A DNA stretch of 64,000 bases. It comes from an uncultured Spirochaetota bacterium. GTDB taxonomy: Bacteria > Spirochaetota > Spirochaetia > SZUA-6 > Fen-1364. Position 1 is the first letter of the stretch. Each line of letters opens with the position of its first letter. Location: the NCBI GenBank assembly GCA_963845535.1, contig CAWJSK010000002.1, positions 32,001-96,000 of the forward strand, in the 5' to 3' direction. The notes under the pieces were generated by a model. The model searched no databases, was not told where the DNA came from, and was given only the letters and a program-made list of their open reading frames with translations. Positions 12,401-24,882 of the stretch are shown here, piece by piece. The position numbers were made by a program, and so were the translations under genes.

Positions 12401-13983
12401 GCTGATTTCCCCGCCACCGCATCACGACATCTACTCCATCGAGGACCTGGCGCAGCTCATCTTCGACTTGAAGAACGCAAACCCCGAAGCGCGAATATCG
12501 GTCAAGCTCGTCGCGGAGATCGGCGTGGGCACCGTTGCCGCCGGTGTTGCCAAAGGCCGCGCGGACATGGTGCTGATTGCCGGCCATGACGGCGGCACGG
12601 GAAACTCCCCCATCTCTTCCATTAAAGCATGCCGGCATCCCGTGGGAGATCGGCCTGGCCGAGGCGCAGCAGACGCTCGTTCTCAACCGGCTTCGGGACA
12701 AGATCCGTGTCCAGGCGGACGGCCAGATGCGAACAGGCCGCGACATCGCCATTGCGGCGCTCCTGGGCGCGGAAGAGTTCGGGTTCGGCACGGTTTCCCT
12801 CGTCACCATCGGGTGCATCATGATGCGCAAGTGTCATCTCAACACGTGCCCCGTGGGAGTGGCAACGCAGGACCCGCGCTTGCGGGCGCGGTTCACCGGC
12901 AAGCCCGAGCACGTGATGAACTTCATGCGCTTCGTAGCGGAAGACCTGCGCCAGACCATGGCGTCCCTGGGGTTCCGCACCGTGGATGAGATGGTGGGGC
13001 ACGTCGAGGTGCTGGAGACCCGCCCGGCGGTGGATCACTGGAAGGCAAAGGGACTGGATTTTTCCCGGATCCTGGCAAAGCCCGATGTGCCCGCGGGGAC
13101 GTCTCTTCATTGCACGCGCGGACCGCAGCATGACTTCTCCCTGTCCCTGGACAGGGAGCTGATCGAGCGCTCCCGCAAGGGCATCGAGGGCGGCCAGAAG
13201 GTGCACCTCTACATGGCCATCCGCAACTGCAACAGGACCGTGGGGGCCACCCTCTCCGCGGCGGTATCCCGGCGCTACGGGGCAAAGGGCCTCACCGCTG
13301 ATACGATCTCCGTTTCCTTCACGGGGTCGGCCGGCCAGAGCTTTGGCGCATTCCTTGCCCCGGGGATCACGTTCGAGCTGGAGGGTGACGCGAACGACTA
13401 TTTCGCGAAGGGCCTTTCCGGCGGAAAGATCATCGTATTCCCTCCGCGCTCGGCGACCTTCCGGGCGCAGGACAACATCATCACCGGCAACGTGAACCTC
13501 TTCGGCGCAACAGGCGGGGAGGTCTACATCAACGGCATGGCGGGGGAGCGCTTCGCGGTGCGCAACAGCGGCGCCATTGCGGTGGTGGAAGGCGTCGGAG
13601 ACCACGGCTGCGAATACATGACCGGCGGCACGGTGGTGGTCCTTGGCCGCACGGGGGTCAACTTCGCGGCGGGCATGAGCGGCGGAGTCGCCTACGTGCT
13701 GGATGAGGACCAGTTGTTCGACACGAAGTGCAACCTGGAGATGGTGGACGTGGAGCCTGTCACGAGCATGAAGGACCGCACCACCCTGCGCCAGCTCGTG
13801 GAACGGCACGTGATGTACACCCGCAGCGAGCATGCCACGCGGATCCTCCGGGACTGGAGCGAGATGCTGCCGTGGTTCGTGAAGGTGATGCCCATCGACT
13901 ACAAGAAGGCCCTGGAACGCATGGCGGAAGAGGAGTCCAAAGAGGCTGAGAGCGTGATGCTGACCGAGGAGGTGTACCACTGA
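9416..13983 (+). CDS. gltB: Glutamate synthase large subunit (two frameshifts, near 12025 and 12625)
   Basis: CGVGF N-terminal nucleophile, [58 protein letters not shown]. Confidence 0.97.
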
Positions 13984-15407
13984 TGGGGCATCCCTCGGGC
14001 TTTCTTCAATTCGATCGAAAAACCGGCCATTACCTCTCTCCCGAAGAGCGCGTGAAGTCGTGGAAGGAGTTCACCGAAAAGCTTCCGGATGACGAGCTTT
14101 CCAAGCAGGGCGCGCGGTGCATGGACTGCGGGATCCCTTTCTGCCACTCCACCGGCTGCCCCGTCTACAACCTGATCCCGGAATGGAATGACCTGGTCTA
14201 CCGCGGGGAATGGCGTGAGGCCCTTGTACGCCTTGAGATGACGAACAACCTCCCCGAGATCACCGGCCGGGTCTGCCCCGCCCCGTGTGAGACTTCCTGC
14301 ACTCTTGCCATCAACACGAGCCCAGTCAGCATCAAGCAGATCGAGCTTGCCGTCACTGAGCGGGGGTTCTCGGAGGGATGGGTGGAGCCGCGCCCGCCGC
14401 GCGCGTTGACCGGCAAGCGCGTGGCGGTGGTGGGAAGCGGCCCTTCCGGCATGGCCGCCGCGCAGCAGTTGCGTAGAAGCGGCCACGAGGTCACGTTGTT
14501 CGAGCGCTCACCGAAGATCGGCGGGCTCCTGAGATACGGCATCCCCGACTTCAAGCTGGAGAAGCACATCCTGGACCGGCGCATTCGCCAGATGGAAGCC
14601 GAAGGGGTCCGATTCGAAACAGGCGTCACCATTGGTGAAGACATCTCCGTGCGCTACCTGCGCGGCAACTTCGACGTGGTCCTCCTCACCATGGGGGCCG
14701 GACATCCCAGGGACCTGGAGGTCCCCGGCCGCGAGCTTTCCGGCGTCCACTTCGCCATGGACTACCTTACCCGGTCCAACATGTTCCAGTCAGGGGAGAT
14801 CGGGGAAGACGAGCTCATTTCCGCAAAGGACAAGGTCACCCTCGTGATCGGCGGCGGGGACACGGGATCCGACTGCGTGGGCACCTCCACACGCATGCGC
14901 GCCAGGAGGGTACTTCAGTATGAGATCATGCCAAAGCCGCCCGTCTGGAACGAAGCGTGGAACCCAAGCTGGCCGGCCTGGCCGAATATCCTCCGCACTT
15001 CAAGCTCCCAGGAGGAAGGGTGCGAGCGGGACTGGTCCATCACGACCAAGTGCTTCACCGGCAAAGATGGCGAGGTGACCGAGGGGGTTTTTGCCCGGGT
15101 GGAATGGAACAAGGGAAACAACGGGTCCTTTGTCATGAAGGAAGTACCCGGCAGCGAGTTCACCCTGAAAGTCGACCTGGTGCTCCTTGCCATGGGTTTT
15201 GTCCACGTTCGCCATGAAAAGCTCCTGGATGAGCTGGGGGTGGAGTACGACAACCGCGGAAACATCCGCGTGGACCCGAACTACGCAACCTCCGTGCCCG
15301 GTGTCTTTGCCGCGGGTGACGCCAACACGGGCGCCTCCCTGGTGGTCCGGGCAATCTTCCACGGCAGACAGGCAGCAGCGGGAATAGACCGCTACCTCAA
15401 GGGATAG
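13983..15407 (+). CDS. gltD: Glutamate synthase small subunit
   Basis: ARCMDCGIPFC, GRVCPAPCE, GSGPSG, GGGDTGSDC; directly follows gltB. Confidence 0.97.
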   Translation: MGHPSGFLQFDRKTGHYLSPEERVKSWKEFTEKLPDDELSKQGARCMDCGIPFCHSTGCPVYNLIPEWNDLVYRGEWREALVRLEMTNNLPEITGRVCPAPCETSCTLAINTSPVSIKQIELAVTERGFSEGWVEPRPPRALTGKRVAVVGSGPSGMAAAQQLRRSGHEVTLFERSPKIGGLLRYGIPDFKLEKHILDRRIRQMEAEGVRFETGVTIGEDISVRYLRGNFDVVLLTMGAGHPRDLEVPGRELSGVHFAMDYLTRSNMFQSGEIGEDELISAKDKVTLVIGGGDTGSDCVGTSTRMRARRVLQYEIMPKPPVWNEAWNPSWPAWPNILRTSSSQEEGCERDWSITTKCFTGKDGEVTEGVFARVEWNKGNNGSFVMKEVPGSEFTLKVDLVLLAMGFVHVRHEKLLDELGVEYDNRGNIRVDPNYATSVPGVFAAGDANTGASLVVRAIFHGRQAAAGIDRYLKG

Positions 15408-15411
15408 GCGC

Positions 15412-16438
15412 GTGTCGCCGGGCGCGGTGCGCGCGGTGGTGATCCCGCGTTTCGGCGGGCCGGAGGTGCTGCGCGTCCAGGGAATGCCTTCGGCGCCGCT
15501 TGTCCCGGGCTCCATTCGTGTCCAGGTGAAGGCATCAGGAATCAACTTTGCGGACGTCCAGATGCGAATGGGCCTGTACCCCGAGGCCCCGAAGCCTCCG
15601 TTTGTGCCGGGGTTCGAGGTTGCCGGGGCGGTCACGGAGGTCGGAGCAGGGGTCTCCTCCCCGCGCCCCGGGGACCGGGTGCTCGGGTTCACGAGGTTCG
15701 GCGGCTACACTACCGAGGTCGTCGTTCCCGCCGCGTTCGTCCGCAAAACTCCATCCTCCCTGACAGACGTCGAAGCCGCGGCAATCCCTGCCGGGTTTGC
15801 CACCGCATGGATTTCCCTGATGGACATGGCGCGGGTCCGACAGGGAGACCGAGTGCTTGTGCCAGGCGCGGCAGGCGGAGTGGGGACGGCTATGGTCCAG
15901 GTGGCGGCGCAGGCGGGCGCGGAAGTGGTGGGCCTGGTTGGATCGGCCATCCAAGCGGGAGCTCGTTCTTTCCTTGGGAGCGCGCGAAGCGGTGACCTAT
16001 GATGAGTGGAAGCTCAGGCAGGACTGCGCGCCGTTCGACGTAATCGTGGAGCCGAGGGGCGGAGCCCACGTCAGGGCTTCCCTTGCCTGCCTTGCCCCTG
16101 GGGGAAGGGTGGTCTGCTACGGCGTCTCTTCAATTGTCACCGGGCTTCGCAGATCCATACCGGGCACGCTCTTCAACCTGCTTCAGACTCCGCTTTTGAC
16201 TCCCATTGGCCTTGCCATGTCCAATCATGGAATATTCGGAGTGAACCTCTTGAAGTATTTTGACACCGAACAGAGTAGAGGGATCATCGAGAAGGCGCTT
16301 GAAGGCATCCTGGAAGGCTTTGAGAAAAAGCGCTACCGGGTTGCAGTGGGAAAAGTCTGGCCCCTGGAAGAAGCAGGCAAAGCGCATGAGTTTCTCCAGA
16401 GCCGCCAGGGGACAGGGAAACAGGTTCTAGCGGACTAA
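15412..16438 (+). CDS. MDR/VAT-1-like quinone oxidoreductase (frameshift near 15950)
   Basis: GINFAD, PGFEVAG, GAAGGVG, C-terminal AHEFLQSRQGTGKQVL. Confidence 0.85.
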
Positions 16439-17556
16439 ACCGGCAATTGTTCGTTGGTATCGTCAAATCTCCGGGAAATCTCCGGCAGCATTCCCGCGAT
16501 CTCCAGGAAACCATCAATCACGTCCGGGTCGAAATGCGCGCCGGCGCCCTCGCGGATCATGGAGAGAGCCGTCTCGTGGGGAATCGCCGGCTTGTAGATC
16601 CGCTTGCTGCGCAGCGCGTCATAGACATCGACGACTGCCATAAGACGTCCCGGCACAGGGATATCGTTTCCCGAAAGCCCCTGAGGGTAGCCCTTGCCGT
16701 CCCACCTCTCATGATGGGTCCAGGCGATCTCCCGCGCGAGATACAGAAAGGTGGTAGGCGAGTCAAGCAGTCTTTCGGCGGATTGGATGGCATTGCGACC
16801 CAGTGTCGTGTGCGTCTTCATGATCTCGAACTCTTCCGGAGTCAACTTGCCGGGCTTCAAGAGGATGCTGTCGGGGATCCCGACCTTGCCAATGTCGTGC
16901 AGCGGGGCCGACTTGTAGAGAAGCTCGATTGTGTCGGGAGTCAGGTAGCCGGCAAGACGTACGTGCTCCTTCATCTTGGTGGCGAGCTCTCTTACGTAGT
17001 GCTGGGTGCGCCTGATGTGGCTGCCTGTTTCGTTGTCTCTCGTTTCAGCAAGAGAACCCATTGCTACCATTGTCGCGTCCTGGATTGCGGAGATCTCCCG
17101 GGTCCTGCGTTGGACCTCCTGCTCAAGGAACTCGCTCTTGTCTCGAAGGAAATCCCTCGCGCTTTTGAGTTGAAGGTGGGTACGCACTCGTGCCGTGACC
17201 ACCGGAGGGCTTACAGGCTTTGTAATGTAGTCGACCGCCCCCAGCTCCAGTCCTCTCCGCTCGCCCTCTACATCAGACTTCGCGGTGAGAAAGATAACCG
17301 GGATGTCAGCGGTTTTCTTATCTTCCTTCAGACGCCGGCACACTTCATACCCATCCATGCCCGGCATCATCACGTCAAGGAGGATGAGATCAGGCTGACC
17401 GTCCGTGGAAGCAAGCCGCAGAGCCGTCTCTCCCTCGGTGGCCACCTTCGTCCTGTACGACCCTTTGAAAAGCGAGCTTATAACGGCGATGTTCTCCGGC
17501 GTGTCGTCCACGATGAGAATGGTCGGTTTCCCGGGACTTCCATACTCTTCAGTCAT
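16435..17556 (-). CDS. Response regulator with HD-GYP phosphodiesterase domain (RpfG-like)
   Basis: REC domain (ILIVDD...DVMMP), LHDIGK, HHERWDGKGYP. Confidence 0.95.
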   Translation of the reverse strand: MTEEYGSPGKPTILIVDDTPENIAVISSLFKGSYRTKVATEGETALRLASTDGQPDLILLDVMMPGMDGYEVCRRLKEDKKTADIPVIFLTAKSDVEGERRGLELGAVDYITKPVSPPVVTARVRTHLQLKSARDFLRDKSEFLEQEVQRRTREISAIQDATMVAMGSLAETRDNETGSHIRRTQHYVRELATKMKEHVRLAGYLTPDTIELLYKSAPLHDIGKVGIPDSILLKPGKLTPEEFEIMKTHTTLGRNAIQSAERLLDSPTTFLYLAREIAWTHHERWDGKGYPQGLSGNDIPVPGRLMAVVDVYDALRSKRIYKPAIPHETALSMIREGAGAHFDPDVIDGFLEIAGMLPEISRRFDDTNEQLPV

Positions 17557-20500
17557 TTGTTCTCCCCCTGTTTCACGGTTTCCAGGATTGGTTTCAACAA
17601 GGAAAGTGCCATTTTGAAATCGTACGCCTGAAGTCTTTCGCGAAGCTTTGCTACTCCCTCTCGGGGAGAAGCAACTTCAAGGCTTCTGCGCATCGATTCA
17701 AACAGGTCGAGCGCTTCGCTGTCGTTTTCCTCGATAAGGGCGGAAAGCCTCTGGAGCGCTGACAGAGTTGCCTCGAGGTTCCCATTTCCGCTCTCGCTGT
17801 CCTCTGGGGGGGCGCCGCCGGGAAACGCGATTTGTATCCTTTCAATCGTTGAACCGATTGCGGATTCGAGGAAGGCGAGATTTTGTCATTCTTTTCGGGA
17901 GAATGTCCGTCGCGGAATTGTTGCTCTATCTTTGCGGCAATGGTCTGCACCGAGCTCACGCCGAGGTTGCCCGCCATGCCCTTCAGCGTGTGCGCCAGCC
18001 GCTCAGCAAGCTCGCGATCATTCCCCTCAAGAGCTTTGGCGATCTCCCGGGCAACCCCCGCCTGGCCACTGGCAAACCTGCGTAGCAGATCGATATAGAG
18101 GCGGCGATTTCCGGCCACTCGCGCCAGCCCCGCGGTGACATCGATCCCTTCGATGGTTGGGAGAGAGAATTCATGTGCTAACGGGGTCGCTGCCGCCTTC
18201 GCCCCTGCGGTCACAGAGGAACCGACATGACGATAGTACTTCTGCATGGTAGCGAACATCGCATCCGGATCGATAGGCTTGCTGATGTGGTCGTTCATTC
18301 CCGCCTGCATTGCTTTCTCCCGCTCCTCCACGAGAGCGTGCGCTGTCATTGCGATGATGGGGATCTCGGAACCCCACGTTTGGGACCTGATTCGCCTGGT
18401 CGCTTCATATCCATCAATTTCCGGCATCTGGATGTCCATGAGTACGAGGTCGAACCGTGCTTCAGCTCTCTCGAGGATCTCATACGCTTCCCGGCCGTTG
18501 CGAGCAAGACTCGCGTTGATCCCTGCTCCCTTCATGAGCTCCAATGCGATCTGTTGGTTGATCTCATTGTCCTCCACAAGGAGCACCCGTGCACCCAAAA
18601 GCTCTCGCGCTTCGTTGCTTTCCTTTGGGGCATCCTTCATCGCGGGAAGGACTTCAGGCGCGAAAACTTTCAGCAGGGAATCTACCAGAGTAGATGAGGT
18701 CACTGGTTTGACCAGAAAATCCGCCGCTCCCGCTTGCAGCGCTCGAGCCCTTTCTCCCTCCCCTGCACCGGAGGCGCTGAGAAGGAACACAACCGGCGGA
18801 TTCCGCAGGCTTCCCTTCTCCGTGATGCGTTGGGTCGCCTCGATTCCATCGATTCCTGGCATTTTCCAGTCCATCACGACCAGACCGAATGGATCATGAG
18901 TATCCGCAGCCTGAACGGCGGATACCCCTTCCTCTCCCGATGCTGCAGTCTCGACGCGGAAACGGAGAGAGGAAAGTACGTCGTGCAGGACTTCGCGGGC
19001 ACCTGCGTTGTCGTCGACAACGAGGATCCGCATGCCGTCGAGTCTCCGCGGCATGACGTGTCGCGGTAGTTTTCCCGTGGCAATACCGAACCATGCGGTG
19101 AAAGCGAAAGTGCTGCCCTTCGCGACAGCGCTTTCGACCCAGATCTGGCCCCCCATCATCTCAACGAGGTGTCGTGTGATACTCAAGCCAAGGCCGGTTC
19201 CACCGTACTTCCTCGTCGTGGAGCTGTCAGCCTGGGAGAAGGGTTGAAAAAGCTTCGACATCTGCTCCTCGGCCATTCCGATTCCCGTATCTCGGACAGC
19301 AAAGCGCAGCTTCGTTTTCTCTCCAGTTCTTTCGAGCAACGCTACCCTGACCTCCACCTCTCCCGCTTCCGTGAACTTCACGGAGTTCCCTACAAGGTTG
19401 ATGAGTACCTGGCCGAGGCGGTGAGGATCACCGACAAGATGCCGAGGAATATCTCTGGGCACATTGATGAGAAGCTCGAGGCCTTTTTCGGCAGCGCCAT
19501 GCGCTATGGCCGCGATGACGTTTTCAATCACCGTGTCCAGTGCGAAATCGACTTCTTCAATCGAGAGCCTGCCAGCCTCGATCTTGGAGAAATCCAGAAT
19601 GTCGTTGATCAGACCGAGAAGGGAGACACCGGCGTTGTGGATTTTCGACAGATAGTCCCTTTGCCGTGAGGAGAGCTCGGTCTTCAACGCAAGGTTCGCA
19701 AAGCCGATCACCGCGTTCATGGGGGTACGAATCTCGTGGCTCATGTTGGCAAGGAAGCTGCCTTTCGCTCTGTTGGCTTCTTCCGCAACTCTGTTCGCCG
19801 CCCGCAGCTCCACGGTCCGTTCCTCCACCCGCTTTTCGAGATCCGCGTTGAGTTTCCGGATTTCCTCCTCTCTTTGCTTCCGCTCGGATATGTCGCGCGC
19901 GATTACAGAGACAGCAACTACTTTCCCCTTAGAGTCTCTGATTGGAGACAGCGTGAAAGAGATATCCAGTCTTGTGCCGTCTTTTCTTATGCGGGTCGTG
20001 TCAGTCGGTTCGACGTATTGGCCATTATTGATCCGCTCACGGATTGACGAAATCTCCTCCTGATGATCTGGCGGAAAAAGAAAAGAACTGTGGCGTCCGA
20101 TGGCCTCTTCCGAAGAGTATCCATACAATCGCTCCGCGCCGGCGTTCCAGCTTGTAATGATTCCCGCGGGAGTCGTTCTGATGATTGCTTCTTCGGCCGA
20201 CTCGACGATGGCCGCCAGATTCGCCAATGCTTCCTCCGCGCGATTCTGCTCGGTGATATCCTGCAGGAGTGACAAGATGACTTTTTCCCCAGCTACCTCT
20301 ATCACTTCCGCAGAGAGGCGTGCAATCCAAGTCTCACCAGACTTCTTCCGGAAATGGGCCACTCTGTCTGGAACTCTGCCTTGCTTGCTCAGTTGATTGA
20401 CGAAACCGTCTCGATCCTCAGCCAAGGCCCACGCCTGCAGATGGGACGCTGTTTCACCGATGACTTCATCGCGTACGTAGCCCATGAGGCGAAGGAATTC

Positions 20501-21007
20501 CTCATTGACGTCGAGGTAGCGTCCATCGGCGAAACGGGTAATCGCCATTCCGATCGGACTGGCGTGAAAAATTATGGAAAAGCGATCTTCGCTTTCGCGC
20601 ACCGACAATTCCTTTTGGTACCCCACGGTCCTCTGTCGCGCGTCGTACAAGAGAGCCTGAACAATACTCATGAATACACCCGTGGCTGCAAAAAGAGCCA
20701 ATCCGAGGGCGTCTGCAGCCTTGACAACTGGACCAGAACCTTGCCAGTGGAGAACCCAGAAGGCAGTAGCGAAAGAAGCAACTGCGGTTGCCAGCATTCC
20801 TGGCCCCATGCCCGCGAGCAAAGCCACAATCATGACGACAGGATAGAAGAGAATGAAAGGCGGCAGACCGGGACCCACGAGCAGCGAAAGCGCATGGCGA
20901 ATCAAGAAAACCGCGGCCACGCTCATGGCGGAGCCGCCGTAGCGAAGAAGCAGCCTGAGATAGGAGCCCTTCGAGGCCTTCATGCAATTGGGGCTGTTGC
21001 ATCTCAT
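17553..21007 (-). CDS. Hybrid sensor histidine kinase (membrane sensor, 2 PAS, HisKA, HATPase, 2 REC, HPt); 3' end frameshifted
   Basis: [21 protein letters not shown], two REC domains, LAHTLKG HPt motif. Confidence 0.93.
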
Positions 21008-21255
21008 ATCCGCCTCCCAGGGGAGCTGTCCGGCTCAGGCAGAGCTTTGTTTACCCATTTTAGACCTGCATGCCATGCTTTCATGAAACTGCTAACGTTA
21101 GACAGGGACCACGGAGAAAAATCGGACGATGCATTTGCTTCCCTGTCCTGTCATATTAGGTTAATAATTAAGTTAATGATTCCAGACAGAGATTTCCAGA
21201 AAATGTCACTTTACGAGAGATCACCGTTTTTTGACGGGATACGAAAAGAGGCAAT

Positions 21256-21636
21256 ATGGAAAGCAAACCTCCGAAAGCGCGGATCCTTATTGTTGACGAT
21301 GAACCAGGCAACATAGCCATTCTGCGGGAGATTTTGAAATCGCGTTACACAGTTCTCGCAGCCACAACAGGACAGAACGCCGTGTCCTTGGCAGCATCAA
21401 ATCCTGCGCCGGACCTCATTCTTCTGGATATCAAGATGCCGAAGATGGACGGCTATGATGTGCTGAAAACGCTCAAGACAAGTCCAAGGACCCGGAATAT
21501 AAAGATCGTCTTTGTCACCGCGAAGGATGCAATTGAGGACAAGATGACGGCTTACCAGAAAGGAATCGAGGATTACATCACAAAGCCCATCGACCCCGAT
21601 TTCGTTTTAAAGACTGTCGAGCGGCTCACCAAATAA
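21256..21636 (+). CDS. Single-domain response regulator
   Basis: ILIVDD, DIKMP, FVTA, YITKP. Confidence 0.9.
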   Translation: MESKPPKARILIVDDEPGNIAILREILKSRYTVLAATTGQNAVSLAASNPAPDLILLDIKMPKMDGYDVLKTLKTSPRTRNIKIVFVTAKDAIEDKMTAYQKGIEDYITKPIDPDFVLKTVERLTK

Positions 21637-21648
21637 GCGATCCGAAAC

Positions 21649-21805
21649 AGCCGACAGGGGACAGGGAAACAGCTTCTGGCGGACTAAACCGGCGATTGTT
21701 CGTTCGTATCGACAAGAGCCGTATCATGGGGAAACGCCGGCCTGTAGATCCGCTTGCTGAGCAGCGCGTCATAGACATTGACGACTGCCATCAAGCGTCC
21801 CGGCA
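21649..21805 (+). repeat. Diverged direct copy of 16400-16654 (oxidoreductase/HD-GYP junction) with an internal deletion of about 100 bp
   Basis: cagggacagggaaacag..ct..gcggactaaaccggc.attgttcgtt and tgtagatccgcttgctg.gcagcgcgtcatagacat occur at both loci. Confidence 0.9.
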
Positions 21806-21844
21806 AGCGCTGGAATTGACAAAACTGATGAGAACCACTCTCGA

Positions 21845-22730
21845 CTAGTCGAGGACAGAGGGCTTCAAGGACTTCCTCGCACCACAGACGAAAGCTGGTA
21901 GGGGAGCTGGATTCCGAAGTCCTCACCTCGTTGCTATAAATGCCTTCGCTTATAGCCACCATCATGTCGACCATAGCCTGCGTCATGGCCTCTGATCGTC
22001 CGCGTCTGAGAAGGCCGGTCTTTAGAGCCTCGACCGACATTTCCTCGAAGCGCACCTGCTTGCCTAGAACACCCGACATGATTTGCGCCATTTCGTTGAA
22101 AGACAAATCTTCAGGACCAAGCACGGGAAAATCGCCATTGCCGCTCCATGACCGATCAATCAGCATCTTGGCGGCGATGGCGGCGATATCGCGAGTCGCG
22201 CAAGTCGCCACTTTGAGGTCGCCAGGGGTGGGAGAAGAGAAAAATCCATTGCTCTTGATGGTCGCGGTCTGACGAAGGATATTGTCCATGAACGAGGAAT
22301 TTGCGAGCGCACGGTAGTTAACACCTGCGCTGGCAATTAGATCGTCCATTGCCAAGGACGCCGTGATGTTTCCCGCACGCTTCGCCTGAGCCTTACCTCG
22401 ACCGAGGCTCGAAACACCGACCACATACTTGACCCCTTCGCTGCGAAAGGCGTCGCACGCAGGTCGGGAGAAGTCCACGTAAGCAGCTTCCACGCTAGTT
22501 GCCTTCGGGTCAGGGGGTACAAGCCAGAAAACGGCATCCGCGTCTCTGAACGCCCCTTTAACAACCGCAGGGTCGGCGTGCGATCCCTGGACGACATCGA
22601 CACGTTTGAGGACTTCCGCGGGGAGCTTTGAAGCATCACGCACAATCACGCGGATAGGCTCGCCCTTGTCGAGGACGTTCTTGAGCACCTGATGACCGAT
22701 CAGGCCCGTTGGCGCAGTGAGCACAATCAT
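21845..22730 (-). CDS. NmrA-like NAD(P)-binding protein
   Basis: MIVLTAPTGLIG, ATRDIA, GPEDLSFNEMA. Removing one base restores the typical end EEVLKPSVLD* at 21845. Confidence 0.85.
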
Positions 22731-22830
22731 AGATTCCTCCTCTCGATCGCGTCAACACATTTAGGAAGTTCAGTCACGATGATGTCCAGATTCGAGTGTC
22801 AGGTGGCAGGTTTGTTTTGTTCGGAGAATA

Positions 22831-23793
22831 TCAATTCCCTCTCCTAATTTCCAAAACAATTTTGCCACGGACATGCTTCGTTTCGCTTTCGCGATGTGCT
22901 TCAGCGACTTCTTCCAGGGAATATACTCTGCTCACAATCACTCTGATTTTACCTTCATCAATCAGCCTCGCTGTTGCATTCAAGCAATCCTCACGTCCAG
23001 AACCTCCAACAAATGTCCCTTTAGCATTCTTTCTTTCAAGTGCTCTAAGAACGTCCGGACTGAACGGATAATCAAGCTGAGTACATACAAAGATCCCACC
23101 ATCCTTTAGTGCTTCAACAGACTTCTTTCTGGCACTTTCATCGCGAACAGGTGAGGCATTAAACACAAGGTCAATATTGTTCAGAAAGGCATCACCCCAT
23201 TTATTTCTGTAATCAATGACCTCGTCAGCACCAAGTTGCTTGAGAAAAGCATGATTATTTGCCGAAGCAGTTCCTATTACATACGCGCCTCTGGATTTTG
23301 CAAACTGCAAAGCCAAACTACCGACTCCTCCCGCTGCACCGTGGATAAGTACACGCTGCCCTTGTTGTACGTTTCCTGATTCAATAATTCCACTCCAAGC
23401 AACCAAGGCACATGAAGGAACGGCTCCGGCTTCATTGAAGGTGATGCTTTTGGGCTTCAGGGCAAATTGATTTGCCTTTGCAGCAAGATATTCGGTGTAG
23501 CTTCCGCCGAGGAAATTCGGGACACCATAAACTTCGTCACCGGCTTCAAACTTAGTCACATCCCTTCCAACTTCTTCAACAACGCCGGAAACGTCTAGTC
23601 CTAGTCCCATCGGAAGTTTCAAGTACGGCTTCAAGAAATCATTCCCGCCTTGACGAATGACGTAATCGGCAGGATTCACACTGGTCGCATATACTCTAAC
23701 CAAGATTTCGTCAGGAGCGGGAGTCGGTCTTTCAATTTCTACCAAGTTTAGGACCTCCGGACCGCCAAACTCGCTAATCCTTACAGCTCTCAT
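22831..23793 (-). CDS. NADP-dependent oxidoreductase (MDR family)
   Basis: SVNPAD, HGAAGGVG, AHRESETKHVRGKIVL. Confidence 0.9.
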   Translation of the reverse strand: MRAVRISEFGGPEVLNLVEIERPTPAPDEILVRVYATSVNPADYVIRQGGNDFLKPYLKLPMGLGLDVSGVVEEVGRDVTKFEAGDEVYGVPNFLGGSYTEYLAAKANQFALKPKSITFNEAGAVPSCALVAWSGIIESGNVQQGQRVLIHGAAGGVGSLALQFAKSRGAYVIGTASANNHAFLKQLGADEVIDYRNKWGDAFLNNIDLVFNASPVRDESARKKSVEALKDGGIFVCTQLDYPFSPDVLRALERKNAKGTFVGGSGREDCLNATARLIDEGKIRVIVSRVYSLEEVAEAHRESETKHVRGKIVLEIRRGN

Positions 23794-23929
23794 TGTGGAA
23801 TCTCCTTCGCCGTTTGTTCCATTGGGAACCTGATTCAAATGGGTGAAGCATCAATGACAACAAAACTAACGCAGTATCCTTGGACTATCAATGCTTGATT
23901 GTCGCTTTTTGATGCTATATCGTCCAAAT

Positions 23930-24841
23930 ATGGAACTTGACATGCTTTCTTCTGTCTTCATGCGCCTGCGGCTGAAGGCTTCGTTTCAGACTGCATTTGA
24001 CGCAGGCGGGCGCTGGTGCATAAGAGTTCCTCCCCACAAAGGGATAAAAATTCATACAGTTTTGAAAGGCCATTGTTGGCTATCCATTGCAAACGATCAG
24101 GCTCCCAAAGAGTTACGAGAGGGAGACAGCTACCTTTTGCCTCGAGGATGTGAGTTTGTTCTTTTCAGCCATCTCCCCGTTTCTGATAAAGCCCCTGAAG
24201 AACAAGTGGTCGAGCGGATCGCAGAAGGAATCACGTCCTACAATGGTGGTGGAGACTGCATTGTCAGCGGCCTATATTTCGACTTTGAGGGCTCCTTGTC
24301 AGAGATCATTTTTAGGACTTTGCCAGCGGTAGTTATTGTGCCTACAACGACAACCCAGTCTACAGGGCTCAAGGCTAATATCCAGCGCTTTGCGGCTGAG
24401 TTCCACGGGTCAGGAATAGGCCGATCGTTGATCATGTACCAGCTGGCGCCCGTGATACTCCTGGACATTATTCGGACTTACCTTTCCGACAATCAGGGAT
24501 GTACCTCCTGGTTTGGCGCGTTAACGGACAAAAGCCTATCGAACGTACTGAACCTAATGCACTTCAACTATGCACACCGTTGGACTCTTGAAGAGCTCGC
24601 TAAGACGGTGGGTGTGTCAAGATCGAAGTTGGCCAGTCGATTCAAACACCAGGTTGGAATCTCCCCAATGGAGTATCTGGGTACATGGAGGATGGAGGTC
24701 GCTCGGGATTTGCTTGCAGATGGGGAATGCAGCATCTCCAAAGTTGCCCAGATGGTTGGGTATGAGTCAGAGAGTGCCTTCAGTACTGCGTTCAAGAGAG
24801 TGCTAAATCATCGTCCAGGGCACTACGTCAGACGGAGTTGA
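23930..24841 (+). CDS. AraC-family transcriptional regulator (cupin plus HTH)
   Basis: WTLEELAKTVGVSRS...VGYESESAFSTAFKR; divergent from the oxidoreductase. Confidence 0.92.
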   Translation: MELDMLSSVFMRLRLKASFQTAFDAGGRWCIRVPPHKGIKIHTVLKGHCWLSIANDQAPKELREGDSYLLPRGCEFVLFSHLPVSDKAPEEQVVERIAEGITSYNGGGDCIVSGLYFDFEGSLSEIIFRTLPAVVIVPTTTTQSTGLKANIQRFAAEFHGSGIGRSLIMYQLAPVILLDIIRTYLSDNQGCTSWFGALTDKSLSNVLNLMHFNYAHRWTLEELAKTVGVSRSKLASRFKHQVGISPMEYLGTWRMEVARDLLADGECSISKVAQMVGYESESAFSTAFKRVLNHRPGHYVRRS

Positions 24842-24882
24842 CCCTGGTACTATGGGAGCGTGCACGATTGTTTTCCATGGCC

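Noticed and set aside
11990..12640. Programmed frameshifting or a naturally split gltB
   Set aside because: Similar indels occur throughout the window, so sequencing error is more parsimonious.
21684..22730. Apparent NmrA-HD-GYP tail fusion in the ORF track
   Set aside because: A 1-nt frameshift near 21870 lets the ORF read into the duplicated HD-GYP fragment; the normal end EEVLKPSVLD* is at 21845.
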